A stretch of DNA of 40,927 nt from Actinomycetota bacterium. Its GTDB lineage: Bacteria > Actinomycetota > Thermoleophilia > Gaiellales > Gaiellaceae. A model generated the notes under the pieces. It saw only the letters and a list, made by a program, of their open reading frames with translations, was not told where the DNA came from and searched no databases. The translations under genes were made by a program, and so were the position numbers. Positions 17,146-25,369 of the stretch are shown here, piece by piece. The stretch's first letter is position 1, and each line of letters opens with the position of its first letter. Location of the stretch: assembly GCA_013696805.1 (NCBI GenBank), contig JACCXX010000087.1:1-40927 (forward strand), in the 5' to 3' direction.

Positions 17146-17757
17146 ATGCCCTACGAGGTGCCACCTCTTCCATACGACTACGCCGCGCTCGAGCCGCACA
17201 TCGACGAGCAGACCATGCGGCTCCATCACGACAAGCACCATCAGGCCTACGTGGACAACGCGAACAAGGCGCTCGAAGGCACCGAGGGGGCGGACCGGCC
17301 CGTCGAACAGCTGCTGGGCGGTCTCGACGCCATTCCCGAGGGCAAGCGCCCCGCCGTTCGGAACAACGCCGGCGGTCACGCGAACCACTCGCTCTTCTGG
17401 GAGATCATGAGCCCGGACGGAGGCGGTGAGCCCGAGGGCGACCTAGCGGCCGCAATCGACAGCGTGTTCGGAAGCCTCGACGAGCTGAAGCTGCTCGTGA
17501 ACGACACCGGCGTCAAGCGTTTCGGCTCCGGCTGGACTTGGCTCGTGCACGATGGGACCGGCCTGGCGGTGGTCTCCACACCGAACCAGGACTCGCCGCT
17601 CATGACCGGCGACGTGCCGATCCTCGGCATCGACGTCTGGGAGCACGCCTACTACCTCAAATACCAGAACCGCCGGCCCGAGTACCTCGAGGCCTGGTGG
17701 AACGTCGTGAGCTGGGCAGCCGTCGCGGAGCGCTACGACCGCGCCGTGGAGAAATGA
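17146..17757 (+). CDS. sodA: Fe/Mn superoxide dismutase (canonical)
   Basis: [29 protein letters not shown]...[10 protein letters not shown]...[15 protein letters not shown] carries all four metal-ligand motifs. GAAAGGAG RBS. Confidence 0.95.
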   Translation: MPYEVPPLPYDYAALEPHIDEQTMRLHHDKHHQAYVDNANKALEGTEGADRPVEQLLGGLDAIPEGKRPAVRNNAGGHANHSLFWEIMSPDGGGEPEGDLAAAIDSVFGSLDELKLLVNDTGVKRFGSGWTWLVHDGTGLAVVSTPNQDSPLMTGDVPILGIDVWEHAYYLKYQNRRPEYLEAWWNVVSWAAVAERYDRAVEK

Positions 17758-17760
17758 GGA

Positions 17761-17794
17761 GCGCCGCCCGGGGGACCCCAATCCCGGGCGGCGC
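17761..17794. terminator. strong hairpin between convergent genes (bidirectional terminator candidate)
   Basis: Perfect 12-bp stem GCGCCGCCCGGG (17761-17772) / CCCGGGCGGCGC (17783-17794) with a 10-nt loop, 4 nt after the sodA stop. Confidence 0.6.
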
Positions 17795-17818
17795 TACCTA
17801 CCTCAACTCGGCCTCGCC

Positions 17819-18685
17819 TTAACGGCGAACGGTGAGGACTCGGCTCGAGTTGAAGACGTACCCCGCGCCGGCCTGATTCGTCGTCAAGTAGATGCGAATC
17901 CGAGAGATTCCGGGGCGAAGGGTGAGCTTGAAGCGCTGGGTCGACTGGCGGTTCAGGTAGACCTTCCGCAAGCTGACCCACTGGCCGAACTGGTTCAGGC
18001 GCTGCACGTAGACCCAACGGCCGGAGAACGACTTGGCCGCCTTGGCACTGGTGACGAACCAGCTTCCGACCTTCGTGAGGGTCAAGGCAGGGGCGACCGC
18101 GGTCGTGACGACGGCGCTCGTCTTGCCCTTCCACTCCGCCTTGTAGGCGGTGAGGATCGACGGCGTATGTGTGAAGCCGTAGAGGCCGTTCGTCGTCGTC
18201 TGCACGCGGGCGATCTCGATGAACGAGACCTGCGGGTAGGGCTGCGCGTAGATCACGACCGTGTCGCCGACGGCGGCAGGTGAGATCGCGCCGCTGATGC
18301 TGACGGTGCTACCGGCGATCGTGATCGGCGGCGTGACCCCTGTCGAGATCGAAGGCGCCGCACCTGTCACCTTCACGGTGCCCTTGAGTGACGGCTTCAG
18401 AGAATCGTGATAATTGAACGTGCCCGGCGTGTCCATGCGCTTTGCATAGGTGCCGCTAGGGCGGATCACAGGAGAGGCGAAGGCGCCGTTGTTGGCGACG
18501 ACCTGATGGTTCACTGTGTCGAGGTTCTTCCACTGAACGGTGTCACCGCCGACGACTGTCACATTCTGCGGGTTGAAGCCTGTCGAGCGGATGTTGACGG
18601 TCTTGGTCGCGAGGCCTGCGGCAAACGCAAACCCCCCGGCGCCAAGAACGCATACCACGGCTGAAACGAGCAGAGCTTTCTTCAT
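17819..18685 (-). CDS. secreted protein with N-terminal cupredoxin-like domain (no Cys ligand) and beta-rich C-terminal region
   Basis: Signal peptide MKKALLVSAVVCVLGAGGFAFA. NVTVVGGDTVQWKNLDTVNHQV...GTFNYHDSLKPSLKGTVKV resembles a plastocyanin-like fold. The mature protein has no cysteine. Confidence 0.6.
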   Translation of the reverse strand: MKKALLVSAVVCVLGAGGFAFAAGLATKTVNIRSTGFNPQNVTVVGGDTVQWKNLDTVNHQVVANNGAFASPVIRPSGTYAKRMDTPGTFNYHDSLKPSLKGTVKVTGAAPSISTGVTPPITIAGSTVSISGAISPAAVGDTVVIYAQPYPQVSFIEIARVQTTTNGLYGFTHTPSILTAYKAEWKGKTSAVVTTAVAPALTLTKVGSWFVTSAKAAKSFSGRWVYVQRLNQFGQWVSLRKVYLNRQSTQRFKLTLRPGISRIRIYLTTNQAGAGYVFNSSRVLTVRR

Positions 18686-18769
18686 GTGTATTCCCCCTGG
18701 AGCTAGACGGCGCTACTGGATGAAACGGCGTGAGCAGGGAAAAGTTGCTTCTCACGCTGTAAAGATTAT

Positions 18770-19435
18770 GTGCGGATGAGAGCTCTCGTCACCGGAGGAA
18801 CCGGCCGCGTCGGCGCCGCAATCGCTGACGGGCTCAGGGCTGGAGGCTTCTCCGTGCTGGCCGCGGGGAGCGCCGACGGCGATCTCTCCGCGGTGCCCGA
18901 AGCCAGGGCGCTCGTCGAGCGCGCGGCTGCCGAGCTCGGCGGTCTCGACCTCCTCGTGCACGCAGCCGGGGACGGATTCGAGCCGAAGCAGGTCGAGGAT
19001 GTGACCGAGGTGGACTGGGATGCCGCGTTCGGGGTGACTGCCAGAGCGAGCTTCTTCCTGGCGCAGGCCGCCGCCCCGCATTTGCGCGAGAGTCGAGGGC
19101 TCATCGTCTTCATCGAGGACGTCGCCGCCTACCAGCCCTGGCCGTCATTTGCCGCGCACTGCGCGGCCAAGGCGGCGCAGGCAATGCTCACCCGCGTACT
19201 CGCACGCGCGCTCGCGCCCGAGGTGCGCGTGTGCGGAGTCGTCCCCGGCCCGGTCGCGGTCGAGCCCGGCCAGGAGGAACGCCGTGCCGCCGAAACCCTG
19301 CTCGGCCGCGTCGGGCGGCCCGAAGACGTGGCCGACGCAGTCGCCTACCTCGTGAGCGCGAGCTATGCCACCGGGACGAGCCTGGTGGTCGACGGAGGAC
19401 GGCTCCTACAATCCGGTAGCGGCCCGAATCCGTAG
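18770..19435 (+). CDS. SDR-family oxidoreductase
   Basis: ALVTGGTGRVGAAIA Rossmann motif and the YxxxK-region equivalent (FAAHCAAKAA). Start is GTG 18770 or ATG 18776. Confidence 0.85.
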   Translation: MRMRALVTGGTGRVGAAIADGLRAGGFSVLAAGSADGDLSAVPEARALVERAAAELGGLDLLVHAAGDGFEPKQVEDVTEVDWDAAFGVTARASFFLAQAAAPHLRESRGLIVFIEDVAAYQPWPSFAAHCAAKAAQAMLTRVLARALAPEVRVCGVVPGPVAVEPGQEERRAAETLLGRVGRPEDVADAVAYLVSASYATGTSLVVDGGRLLQSGSGPNP

Positions 19436-19450
19436 TACCCAGATGGAACG

Positions 19451-20062
19451 ATGGATACCACTCTCGCCCTCCGGACGGCCTTGCCGCCCGCGCCGCGAGT
19501 CGCCACTATGCCCGACGTGCCCCCCGATCGCATGACGGACGGGGAGCTGATCGCGCGGGTCGGGGAGGGCGATCGGGGCGCTTTCGAGCTCCTGTACGGA
19601 CGCTACGCTCGGCCGGTGTTCGCGTTGGCGCTGCGCAGGCTGGGCGACCGCGGCCGCGCTGAGGACGCCGTCCAGGAGACGTTTGCCTCCGTGTGGCGCT
19701 CGGCTCGCAGCTACCGAAGCGAGCGGGGGCCGGGCGCGCCCTGGCTCTACGCCGTCGCCCGGAACGCGATCATCGACCGGCGGCGCGCACGAGTCGAGTC
19801 CCCTTCGGAGATCCCGGACACGCCTTCCGGAGACGCCGAGCCGGATGAGCGTGTCGAGTCGAGCTGGACTGCGTGGCGCGTCCACAGCGCGCTCGAGAAC
19901 TTGCCCGACAACGAGCGTGTCGTGCTAGAGCTCGCGTACTGGAGCGGCCTGTCTCAGAGCGAGATCGCCGAATACCTGCAGATCCCGCTCGGCACCGTGA
20001 AGACACGAACCCGAGCCGCGCTGGGGCGGCTGGCGGACCTTCTGGAGGAGGAGCTCACCTGA
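19451..20062 (+). CDS. ECF-type RNA polymerase sigma factor
   Basis: Region 2 (FELLYGRYARPVFALALRRLGDRGRAEDAVQETF) and region 4 (LSQSEIAEYLQIPLGTVKTRTRAAL). An alternative ATG start lies at 19508. Confidence 0.9.
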   Translation: MDTTLALRTALPPAPRVATMPDVPPDRMTDGELIARVGEGDRGAFELLYGRYARPVFALALRRLGDRGRAEDAVQETFASVWRSARSYRSERGPGAPWLYAVARNAIIDRRRARVESPSEIPDTPSGDAEPDERVESSWTAWRVHSALENLPDNERVVLELAYWSGLSQSEIAEYLQIPLGTVKTRTRAALGRLADLLEEELT

Positions 20063-20658
20063 GCGGGCCGGACTTTCGCGAGCTCGTCGGCGACGACCTC
20101 CCGGCCGAGGAGCGCGCGCGGCTCCAGCGTGCGCACGACCAGCTCGTTGCAGCGGGCGCGTTGCCCGAGCTATCCCCCGCTCTCCACGACCCCCCGAGTG
20201 CGGGGGGACGCGTCTCGCGGCTTCCCCGCAGGCGGCTCGGGACTGCACTCGTGCTCGCGGCGGCCCTCGCACTCTCGGCGTTCGCCGCCGGCTTCCTGCT
20301 CGGCAAGGGCCGCGAGTCGGGGGCCGAGGGCTTCCAGCCGGCCCGGACGGTTCTCCTCGGAGCCCAGGGCAAGACTGTCGTCGTCCGCCTCGGCGCCGGC
20401 GACGAGAGCGGGAACCGGCCGATGCTCCTCACCGTCGAAGGGCTGAAGCGCCTGCCGACCGGTGATTACTACACGCTCCTGATGACGAAGAAAGGGAAGC
20501 CCGTTGCGACCTGTGGCACGTTCAACGTCGAGGACAAAGATCGAATGGACGTGCGCTTCAGCGTGGCCTACGACTTCGAGAACTTCGACGGGCTGATGCT
20601 CGCCGAGTACCGGAGCTCGGACCACAAGGATCATCCGGTCCTGCGGGCGTCTCTCTAG
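20059..20658 (+). CDS. membrane-anchored anti-sigma factor (RskA-like C-terminal domain); start unresolved
   Basis: Immediately follows the ECF sigma gene. Single TM segment (LGTALVLAAALALSAFAAGFLLG), then an extracytoplasmic domain with a YYTLLMTKKGKPVATCGTF pattern. No canonical start near the sigma stop: CTG at 20059 overlaps the TGA, and the next TTG is at 20161. Confidence 0.6.
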   Translation: MSGPDFRELVGDDLPAEERARLQRAHDQLVAAGALPELSPALHDPPSAGGRVSRLPRRRLGTALVLAAALALSAFAAGFLLGKGRESGAEGFQPARTVLLGAQGKTVVVRLGAGDESGNRPMLLTVEGLKRLPTGDYYTLLMTKKGKPVATCGTFNVEDKDRMDVRFSVAYDFENFDGLMLAEYRSSDHKDHPVLRASL

Positions 20659-20810
20659 GGCGGCTTCCTTCGTTGAGGCGTCTCGCGTACGAAGGATGGC
20701 ACTCTTCGACGGGCGACGCCGGACTCGGCGTGCGCTCGAGGCGTTCAATCGCGCCTTGGGCGAGGAAGCCGAGAGCGGGCGCGAGGCGAGCTCCTCGTCG
20801 CGAGTCGGAG

Positions 20811-21551
20811 TTAGGGCGCGACGCGGCCGGCGTCCACGAACGCCGCATGGGTCACTGGCATTCTCTCGGCGAAAAAGTGCTCGCAGGCCTCGGCGTAGCG
20901 GCGAATCTCACGCTGCGCGGTCTCGGCTGCGCGCAGCGAAATGAAGTTCATGAGGGCCCGCGCGTTTACCGTCCAGTAGAACTCGGTGTACGCCCCGACG
21001 GGGATCGCGCACCGCGCCAGCTCGCGGGCGACGCCGAGCTCAACCAGCCGTTCGTAGGTCGCGTACGCGGTCTCGTAAACCGCGGTCAACTCGTCCCGGG
21101 TTGTCTCGGCGATCTCGGGGGTGACCGGGTCGAACGAGTATGCACCGGGCTTCCCAACCTGGGTGCGCACGTCTTCGGGCTCGGGAACGTAGAAGTCATC
21201 GGTGGCACGTGCGTACCGCATGCTGAACTCGTTGAAGGAGCCGACCCGGTGCCGGAACCACTCGCGTGCGATGAAGATCGGCGCCCGAACATGGAAGCGG
21301 AACGAGTTGTGCTCGAACGGTGTCCCGTGTCGGTCTCGCATGAGGAAACGCACCAGGCCCGCATCGGACTCGTCCATCTCCTCCTTGCGGCGGGCGAACG
21401 AGACGCGCGCCCCGTTCACGACCGAGAGGTCGTCAGCCATCGCGTCGTCGAGACGCACGAAGCCGTGATCAAGGACTTCGATCGCACCATCCGGTAACAC
21501 TCGGAGCGTGACTCCCACCGCGGCGAGTCTAGCGAGGCTGTATGTCGGCAC
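20811..21551 (-). CDS. thyX: FAD-dependent thymidylate synthase
   Basis: ThyX motif REWFRHRVGSFNEFSMRY (RHRxxSxxxxSxR). Collinear with Thermotoga-type ThyX (LDHGFVRL...TPFEH...FYWTVNARALMNF). An alternative GTG start lies at 21518. Confidence 0.9.
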   Translation of the reverse strand: MPTYSLARLAAVGVTLRVLPDGAIEVLDHGFVRLDDAMADDLSVVNGARVSFARRKEEMDESDAGLVRFLMRDRHGTPFEHNSFRFHVRAPIFIAREWFRHRVGSFNEFSMRYARATDDFYVPEPEDVRTQVGKPGAYSFDPVTPEIAETTRDELTAVYETAYATYERLVELGVARELARCAIPVGAYTEFYWTVNARALMNFISLRAAETAQREIRRYAEACEHFFAERMPVTHAAFVDAGRVAP

Positions 21552-22191
21552 TTCGGGCTGGTCCTACCCGTCGTGGAAGCCCGGCTTTTACCCCCCTGAG
21601 GCCAAGCCGGCCGAGTTCCTCGGGCACTACGCGGAGCGCCTTCCGGCCGTCGAGCTGAACACGACCGGCTACCGCTTGCCGGCCGAGGAGCAGTTCGAGC
21701 GCTGGGCGGCGCAGACACCGCCGGGTTTCCACTTCGCTCCGAAGCTAAACGCCTTCCGCTCGACGGACGTGGGCACCTTCGAGGAGCGCGTGCGCCGGCT
21801 GGGCGATCGCCTGGGCCCGGTCCGGGCCTTGATCGGCTACGCCCGGGACGAGGGACTGCTCTCGTTGCTTCTCGGCTCGATCGACCCCGAGCTCCGCATC
21901 GCCTTCGACTTTCGGCATGGATCCTGGGAGGGGATCGAGACCGAGCTTCCGCCCAATGCGGTTCGGGTCGACGACTTCGCGGCCGACGCTCCGTTCCGCT
22001 ACCTTCGCCTCCGCCAGCCGCCCTACGAGGAGAGCGCGCTCCGCGGCTGGGCCGGTCGGTTGCGCCCTCTTCTCGCCGAGGGCGTCGAGGTCTACGTCTT
22101 CTTCAAGCACGAGGAGGAGCCGAGCGCCCCGCGGTACGCAGAGCGCCTGCTCGAGCTCCTCTCTGCTCAGAGGCGCTCGATCACCTCGTAG
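21508..22191 (+). CDS. DUF72 (UPF0759) family protein
   Basis: LYVGTSGWSYPSWKPGFYP N-terminal signature. The 5' end overlaps the annotated thyX start, so the start is uncertain. Confidence 0.8.
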   Translation: MTPTAASLARLYVGTSGWSYPSWKPGFYPPEAKPAEFLGHYAERLPAVELNTTGYRLPAEEQFERWAAQTPPGFHFAPKLNAFRSTDVGTFEERVRRLGDRLGPVRALIGYARDEGLLSLLLGSIDPELRIAFDFRHGSWEGIETELPPNAVRVDDFAADAPFRYLRLRQPPYEESALRGWAGRLRPLLAEGVEVYVFFKHEEEPSAPRYAERLLELLSAQRRSITS

Positions 22192-22460
22192 ATGCCGTCG
22201 GCGCCGGTCGATTCGATGTGCGGAGCCATGTCCTCCTGGCGCTTCCGCTCCTTGTCCGCGTCGAAGGACGCCTTGATCTCGTCGATGTCGCCCTCGATGA
22301 GCCCAAAGGCGATGATCTCGTCCGGATCCGAGAGGTTACGGAGGATGTAGACCTCGCCCCCTTCGGGCATGTCCTCGGGGTCGCCCTCCCAGGCCTTCCG
22401 CCAGTCGCCGTAGCTCCCCGACTTGAGCTTGCGCACCGTCAACGCGCAGTACATCGTCAT
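22167..22460 (-). CDS. small hypothetical protein (97 aa; possibly dimeric alpha/beta-barrel-like)
   Basis: ATG at 22460 directly follows an AAGGAGGG RBS. The remainder of the 355-aa ORF upstream is antisense shadow of the next gene. Confidence 0.6.
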   Translation of the reverse strand: MTMYCALTVRKLKSGSYGDWRKAWEGDPEDMPEGGEVYILRNLSDPDEIIAFGLIEGDIDEIKASFDADKERKRQEDMAPHIESTGADGIYEVIERL

Positions 22461-22547
22461 CTGATCCCTCCTTCGTGGGACGTTTGCGAGCAACCTACGC
22501 CTGGGTATCTCCCGATGCAACCACGTAAGCGAACAGAGGAGAGGGGC

Positions 22548-23036
22548 ATGGCAGAACTGACAGTCCTCGAGGCGAAGCTGGCCGAGGTGATCGGCCTTGC
22601 GCAGGCCGCGCAGGGTGCGGGCGACAAGATCTCGGGCCTCGTCGAAGACGGCGACCTGAAGCAGGAGCTCGAGCGAATGCGCAAGGAGGCCGAGGAGACC
22701 GAGGAGCGCGGCACGAAGCTGGCCGAAGACCTCGACGGCAAGAAGACCGCGATCCTCGACAAGGCGCGCGAGACGAAGCAGGAAGCGACCGAGATGATGA
22801 GCACCTACCTCGGCGAAGACGCCGACGGGCTCGACGGTTTCGAGTTCCTGACGATGGCCGAGGCCGGTGAGGTCGGGCACTGGGAAGTGCTCGGCGTGCT
22901 CGGCGACAAGGCCGGAAAATCCGAGGTGCAGGAGCTCGTCCAGTGGGCCACTCCGATCCAGCAGCGGCACTTCGAGACGGCTCGCAAGGGCTCGCTGAAG
23001 CTCGCCGCCGACGAAGACCCGAACGAAACGGAGTAA
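22548..23036 (+). CDS. ferritin-like / DUF892 (YciE/YciF-like) helical protein
   Basis: ATG at 22548 follows a purine-rich RBS. All-helical, with FEFLTMAEAGEVGHWEVLGVLG resembling the YciF-type metal-site helix. Confidence 0.55.
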   Translation: MAELTVLEAKLAEVIGLAQAAQGAGDKISGLVEDGDLKQELERMRKEAEETEERGTKLAEDLDGKKTAILDKARETKQEATEMMSTYLGEDADGLDGFEFLTMAEAGEVGHWEVLGVLGDKAGKSEVQELVQWATPIQQRHFETARKGSLKLAADEDPNETE

Positions 23037-23040
23037 GGAG

Positions 23041-24192
23041 CTACCCGGGCCCGGCGGGAGCCGGGAGCTTGGCGCCGCGGCTGGAGATCTCGACGAGAGC
23101 GGCCGCGGCGCCCTCCAACTCCTCGTCCGTCGTGAAGAAGTGCGGCCCGAAGCGCAGGCCGACGTCGGGCCGGAAGTCGAGCAGGATCTGCCGCGCCTCG
23201 AGCTCGGCGTAGACGACTTCGAAGTCCGGCACACGCACGACGACCGAGCCGCCGCGCCGTTCCGGCTCGCGGGGGCTGACGACGTCGAACCCGGCCTCGT
23301 CGAGGAGCTCGATGAACTGAGCGGTCTGGCGTACGGAGTTCTCGCGGATCCGCTCCACGCCGATCTCTTCGATGATGTCGTAGCCAGCCGTGGCGGCGTA
23401 GAGGGCCGGCACGTTAGGGGTGCCGGTGAGGAAACGGGCCGAGCCGCCTGCGTACTCGAGCTCCGGCTCGAAGGCGAAGGGTTCCGCGTGGGCCTGCCAG
23501 CCGACGAGCGTGGGCTCGAGCCGCGCGGCGAGATCGGGACGCACGTAGAGCCAGGCCGCGCCGGGCCCGCCGCACAGCCACTTGACGCTGCCGCCGACCG
23601 CGAAGTCGACGCCGAGCGCGGTCACGTCGAGCGGAACCGTTCCCACGGCCTGATAGGCGTCCAGCACGACGTAGGCCCCCACCTCGTGTGCACGCTCGAT
23701 GATCGGTTCCACGTCCTGGATGCGGCCCGTCTTGAAGATGACGTGGCTAATTGGGACGAGCAGCGTGCGCTCGTCGATTGCCTCGACGATCGCCTCTTCG
23801 TCGGGGCAGACGACGATCTCGGCGCCGCGCGCGCGCTGCGCCTGCTGCAGATAGCGGACGGAAGGGAAGTTTTCCTCTTCGTAGACCACGCGCCGCCGCT
23901 CGCCGTCGAACGTGAAGCAGGAGAGAATGACCGCCTCGGCGATAGTCACGTTCTGGTGCATGACCGTCGAGCCGGGGGGCGCGCCGATGATCCGGCCGAC
24001 CTGGTCGCCTACGGTCGTGGGCATGGCCCACCAGCCCTCGCCCCAGGCGCGGATCCCGCGGGTGTTCCAGGTGTGCGCGTACTGGGCCAGCCGGCGCTCG
24101 GCCTCGAGCGGCATCGGCCCGAGGGAATGGCTGATCAGATAGGTCGTTTCCGCGAGAATCGGGAACCGCTCGCGGTAGGCAGTCAAGTCCAC
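23041..24192 (-). CDS. class-V-fold PLP-dependent enzyme, kynureninase-like
   Basis: FPILAETTYLISHSLGPMP, W-rich N-terminal block, and GGSVKWLCGGPGAAWLYV (PLP-lysine block resembling the kynureninase SYKYLNxGPG motif). Confidence 0.7.
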   Translation of the reverse strand: MDLTAYRERFPILAETTYLISHSLGPMPLEAERRLAQYAHTWNTRGIRAWGEGWWAMPTTVGDQVGRIIGAPPGSTVMHQNVTIAEAVILSCFTFDGERRRVVYEEENFPSVRYLQQAQRARGAEIVVCPDEEAIVEAIDERTLLVPISHVIFKTGRIQDVEPIIERAHEVGAYVVLDAYQAVGTVPLDVTALGVDFAVGGSVKWLCGGPGAAWLYVRPDLAARLEPTLVGWQAHAEPFAFEPELEYAGGSARFLTGTPNVPALYAATAGYDIIEEIGVERIRENSVRQTAQFIELLDEAGFDVVSPREPERRGGSVVVRVPDFEVVYAELEARQILLDFRPDVGLRFGPHFFTTDEELEGAAAALVEISSRGAKLPAPAGPG

Positions 24193-24196
24193 TGGG

Positions 24197-25231
24197 TCAG
24201 CTTAGGCGCTTGATCAAACCGAGAGCCTGCTGGTTCCAGGGCACGCGATGGGTGAGGCCGGCAGCCCCGAGTTGGCCGCGGTGGGCGCTGTACCAATCGT
24301 AGGTTCGGATGAGCGCGTCAGCGTTCGAGTAGCGCGGTCGCCACCCGAGGAGGTTCTCGACCCGCGAGACGTCGACGTACGAGTCTCGATGAGCTGTCTT
24401 GTAGTGCCATTCCGCGAGTGGTGACAGCCTCGCGAGCTCGAGCGCTCTCAAGACGAGCTCCGCGGGGCGGGCAGGGACCGGCGTCACGCGGCTCGACGAG
24501 CCCGCATGTTCGATGAGCGCCTCGAGATCGGATCGCACGGTTCCGAACTCCGTGGCACCGATGTTCAGGGTCTCGCCTGCCGCGCCTCGTTTCGACGCGG
24601 CGAGGACGATCGCATCGACGAGATCCTCCACGGCCAGGAGTTGGTAGCGGTTTCGCCCGCTTCCGAGCACGTAGATGCGCCGGCCCTCACGGATCCAGTC
24701 GAAGAGAATCTCGAAGACCCCGAGCCGCTCCGGTCCGATGAAGGTCTTCGGCCTGAGGACGACTGCCGAGAGACCGCGCCGCTCGAACTCGCGGAGGACT
24801 TCCTCGGCCTCGATCTTCGAGTGGCCGTAATGACCGACTCCGTGGAGCGGAGCGCTCTCGTCTATGGGATGGGTAGCGGGAACTCCGTAGACCGCCGTGG
24901 TCGAGATGAAGACGACGCGGCGGACCCGCTCCTCGAGCGCGGCTGCGAGGAGCGTTGCGGTGCCGTCGACGTTGACGGAGCGGATCTCGTCGGCCGCTCC
25001 GCTGATCGGGAGAGCCGCGGCCGCGTGGATTAGGATGGCGGCGCCGGCGACGAGCTCGCGGGAACGGGCCGAGTCACGGATGTCGCCGCGGAGCGCCTCG
25101 ATCTTGCGCTCAAGGCTAGGCTCGTCGAGCGGCGCGAGGTCGAGGGAGCGGACGGAGTGGCCGTCGGCGAGAAGCCGCCTCGCGAGATGGAGGCCGAGAA
25201 AACCCGACCCGCCTGAGATCGCCCAGAGCAT
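24197..25231 (-). CDS. NAD-dependent epimerase/dehydratase family protein
   Basis: ISGGSGFLGLHLARRLL Rossmann motif and YGHSK catalytic YxxxK. Confidence 0.85.
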   Translation of the reverse strand: MLWAISGGSGFLGLHLARRLLADGHSVRSLDLAPLDEPSLERKIEALRGDIRDSARSRELVAGAAILIHAAAALPISGAADEIRSVNVDGTATLLAAALEERVRRVVFISTTAVYGVPATHPIDESAPLHGVGHYGHSKIEAEEVLREFERRGLSAVVLRPKTFIGPERLGVFEILFDWIREGRRIYVLGSGRNRYQLLAVEDLVDAIVLAASKRGAAGETLNIGATEFGTVRSDLEALIEHAGSSSRVTPVPARPAELVLRALELARLSPLAEWHYKTAHRDSYVDVSRVENLLGWRPRYSNADALIRTYDWYSAHRGQLGAAGLTHRVPWNQQALGLIKRLS

Positions 25232-25317
25232 GGGACAATCTTGGCTGAGAATTGACCCGGAGCCGTGAGCTCGGCGGCGATACGCTCACTGCGGGTGGCG
25301 GGAGGTGCTCCTTTCTT

Positions 25318-25334
25318 CCCCACCCAGGGTGGGG
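25318..25334 (-). terminator. hairpin 3' of the ABC exporter permease gene
   Basis: CCCCACC-cag-GGTGGGG lies 36 nt past the minus-strand stop at 25370. No U-tract on the minus strand. Confidence 0.25.
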
Positions 25335-25369
25335 CGCGCGCGTGTACCTAACAGGGATCGCGGCCGAGG

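Noticed and set aside
19873-20058. ATG at 19873 as the anti-sigma factor start
   Set aside because: It would overlap the ECF sigma gene by 190 nt and add an Arg-rich, non-protein-like N-terminus. This stretch is more likely open by chance in a high-GC region.
22461-23234. Upstream two-thirds of the 355-aa minus-strand ORF 22167..23234
   Set aside because: It is antisense to the ferritin-like gene and Ser/Arg/Pro-rich. Only the last 97 codons are credible: they follow an AAGGAGGG RBS and an ATG at 22460.
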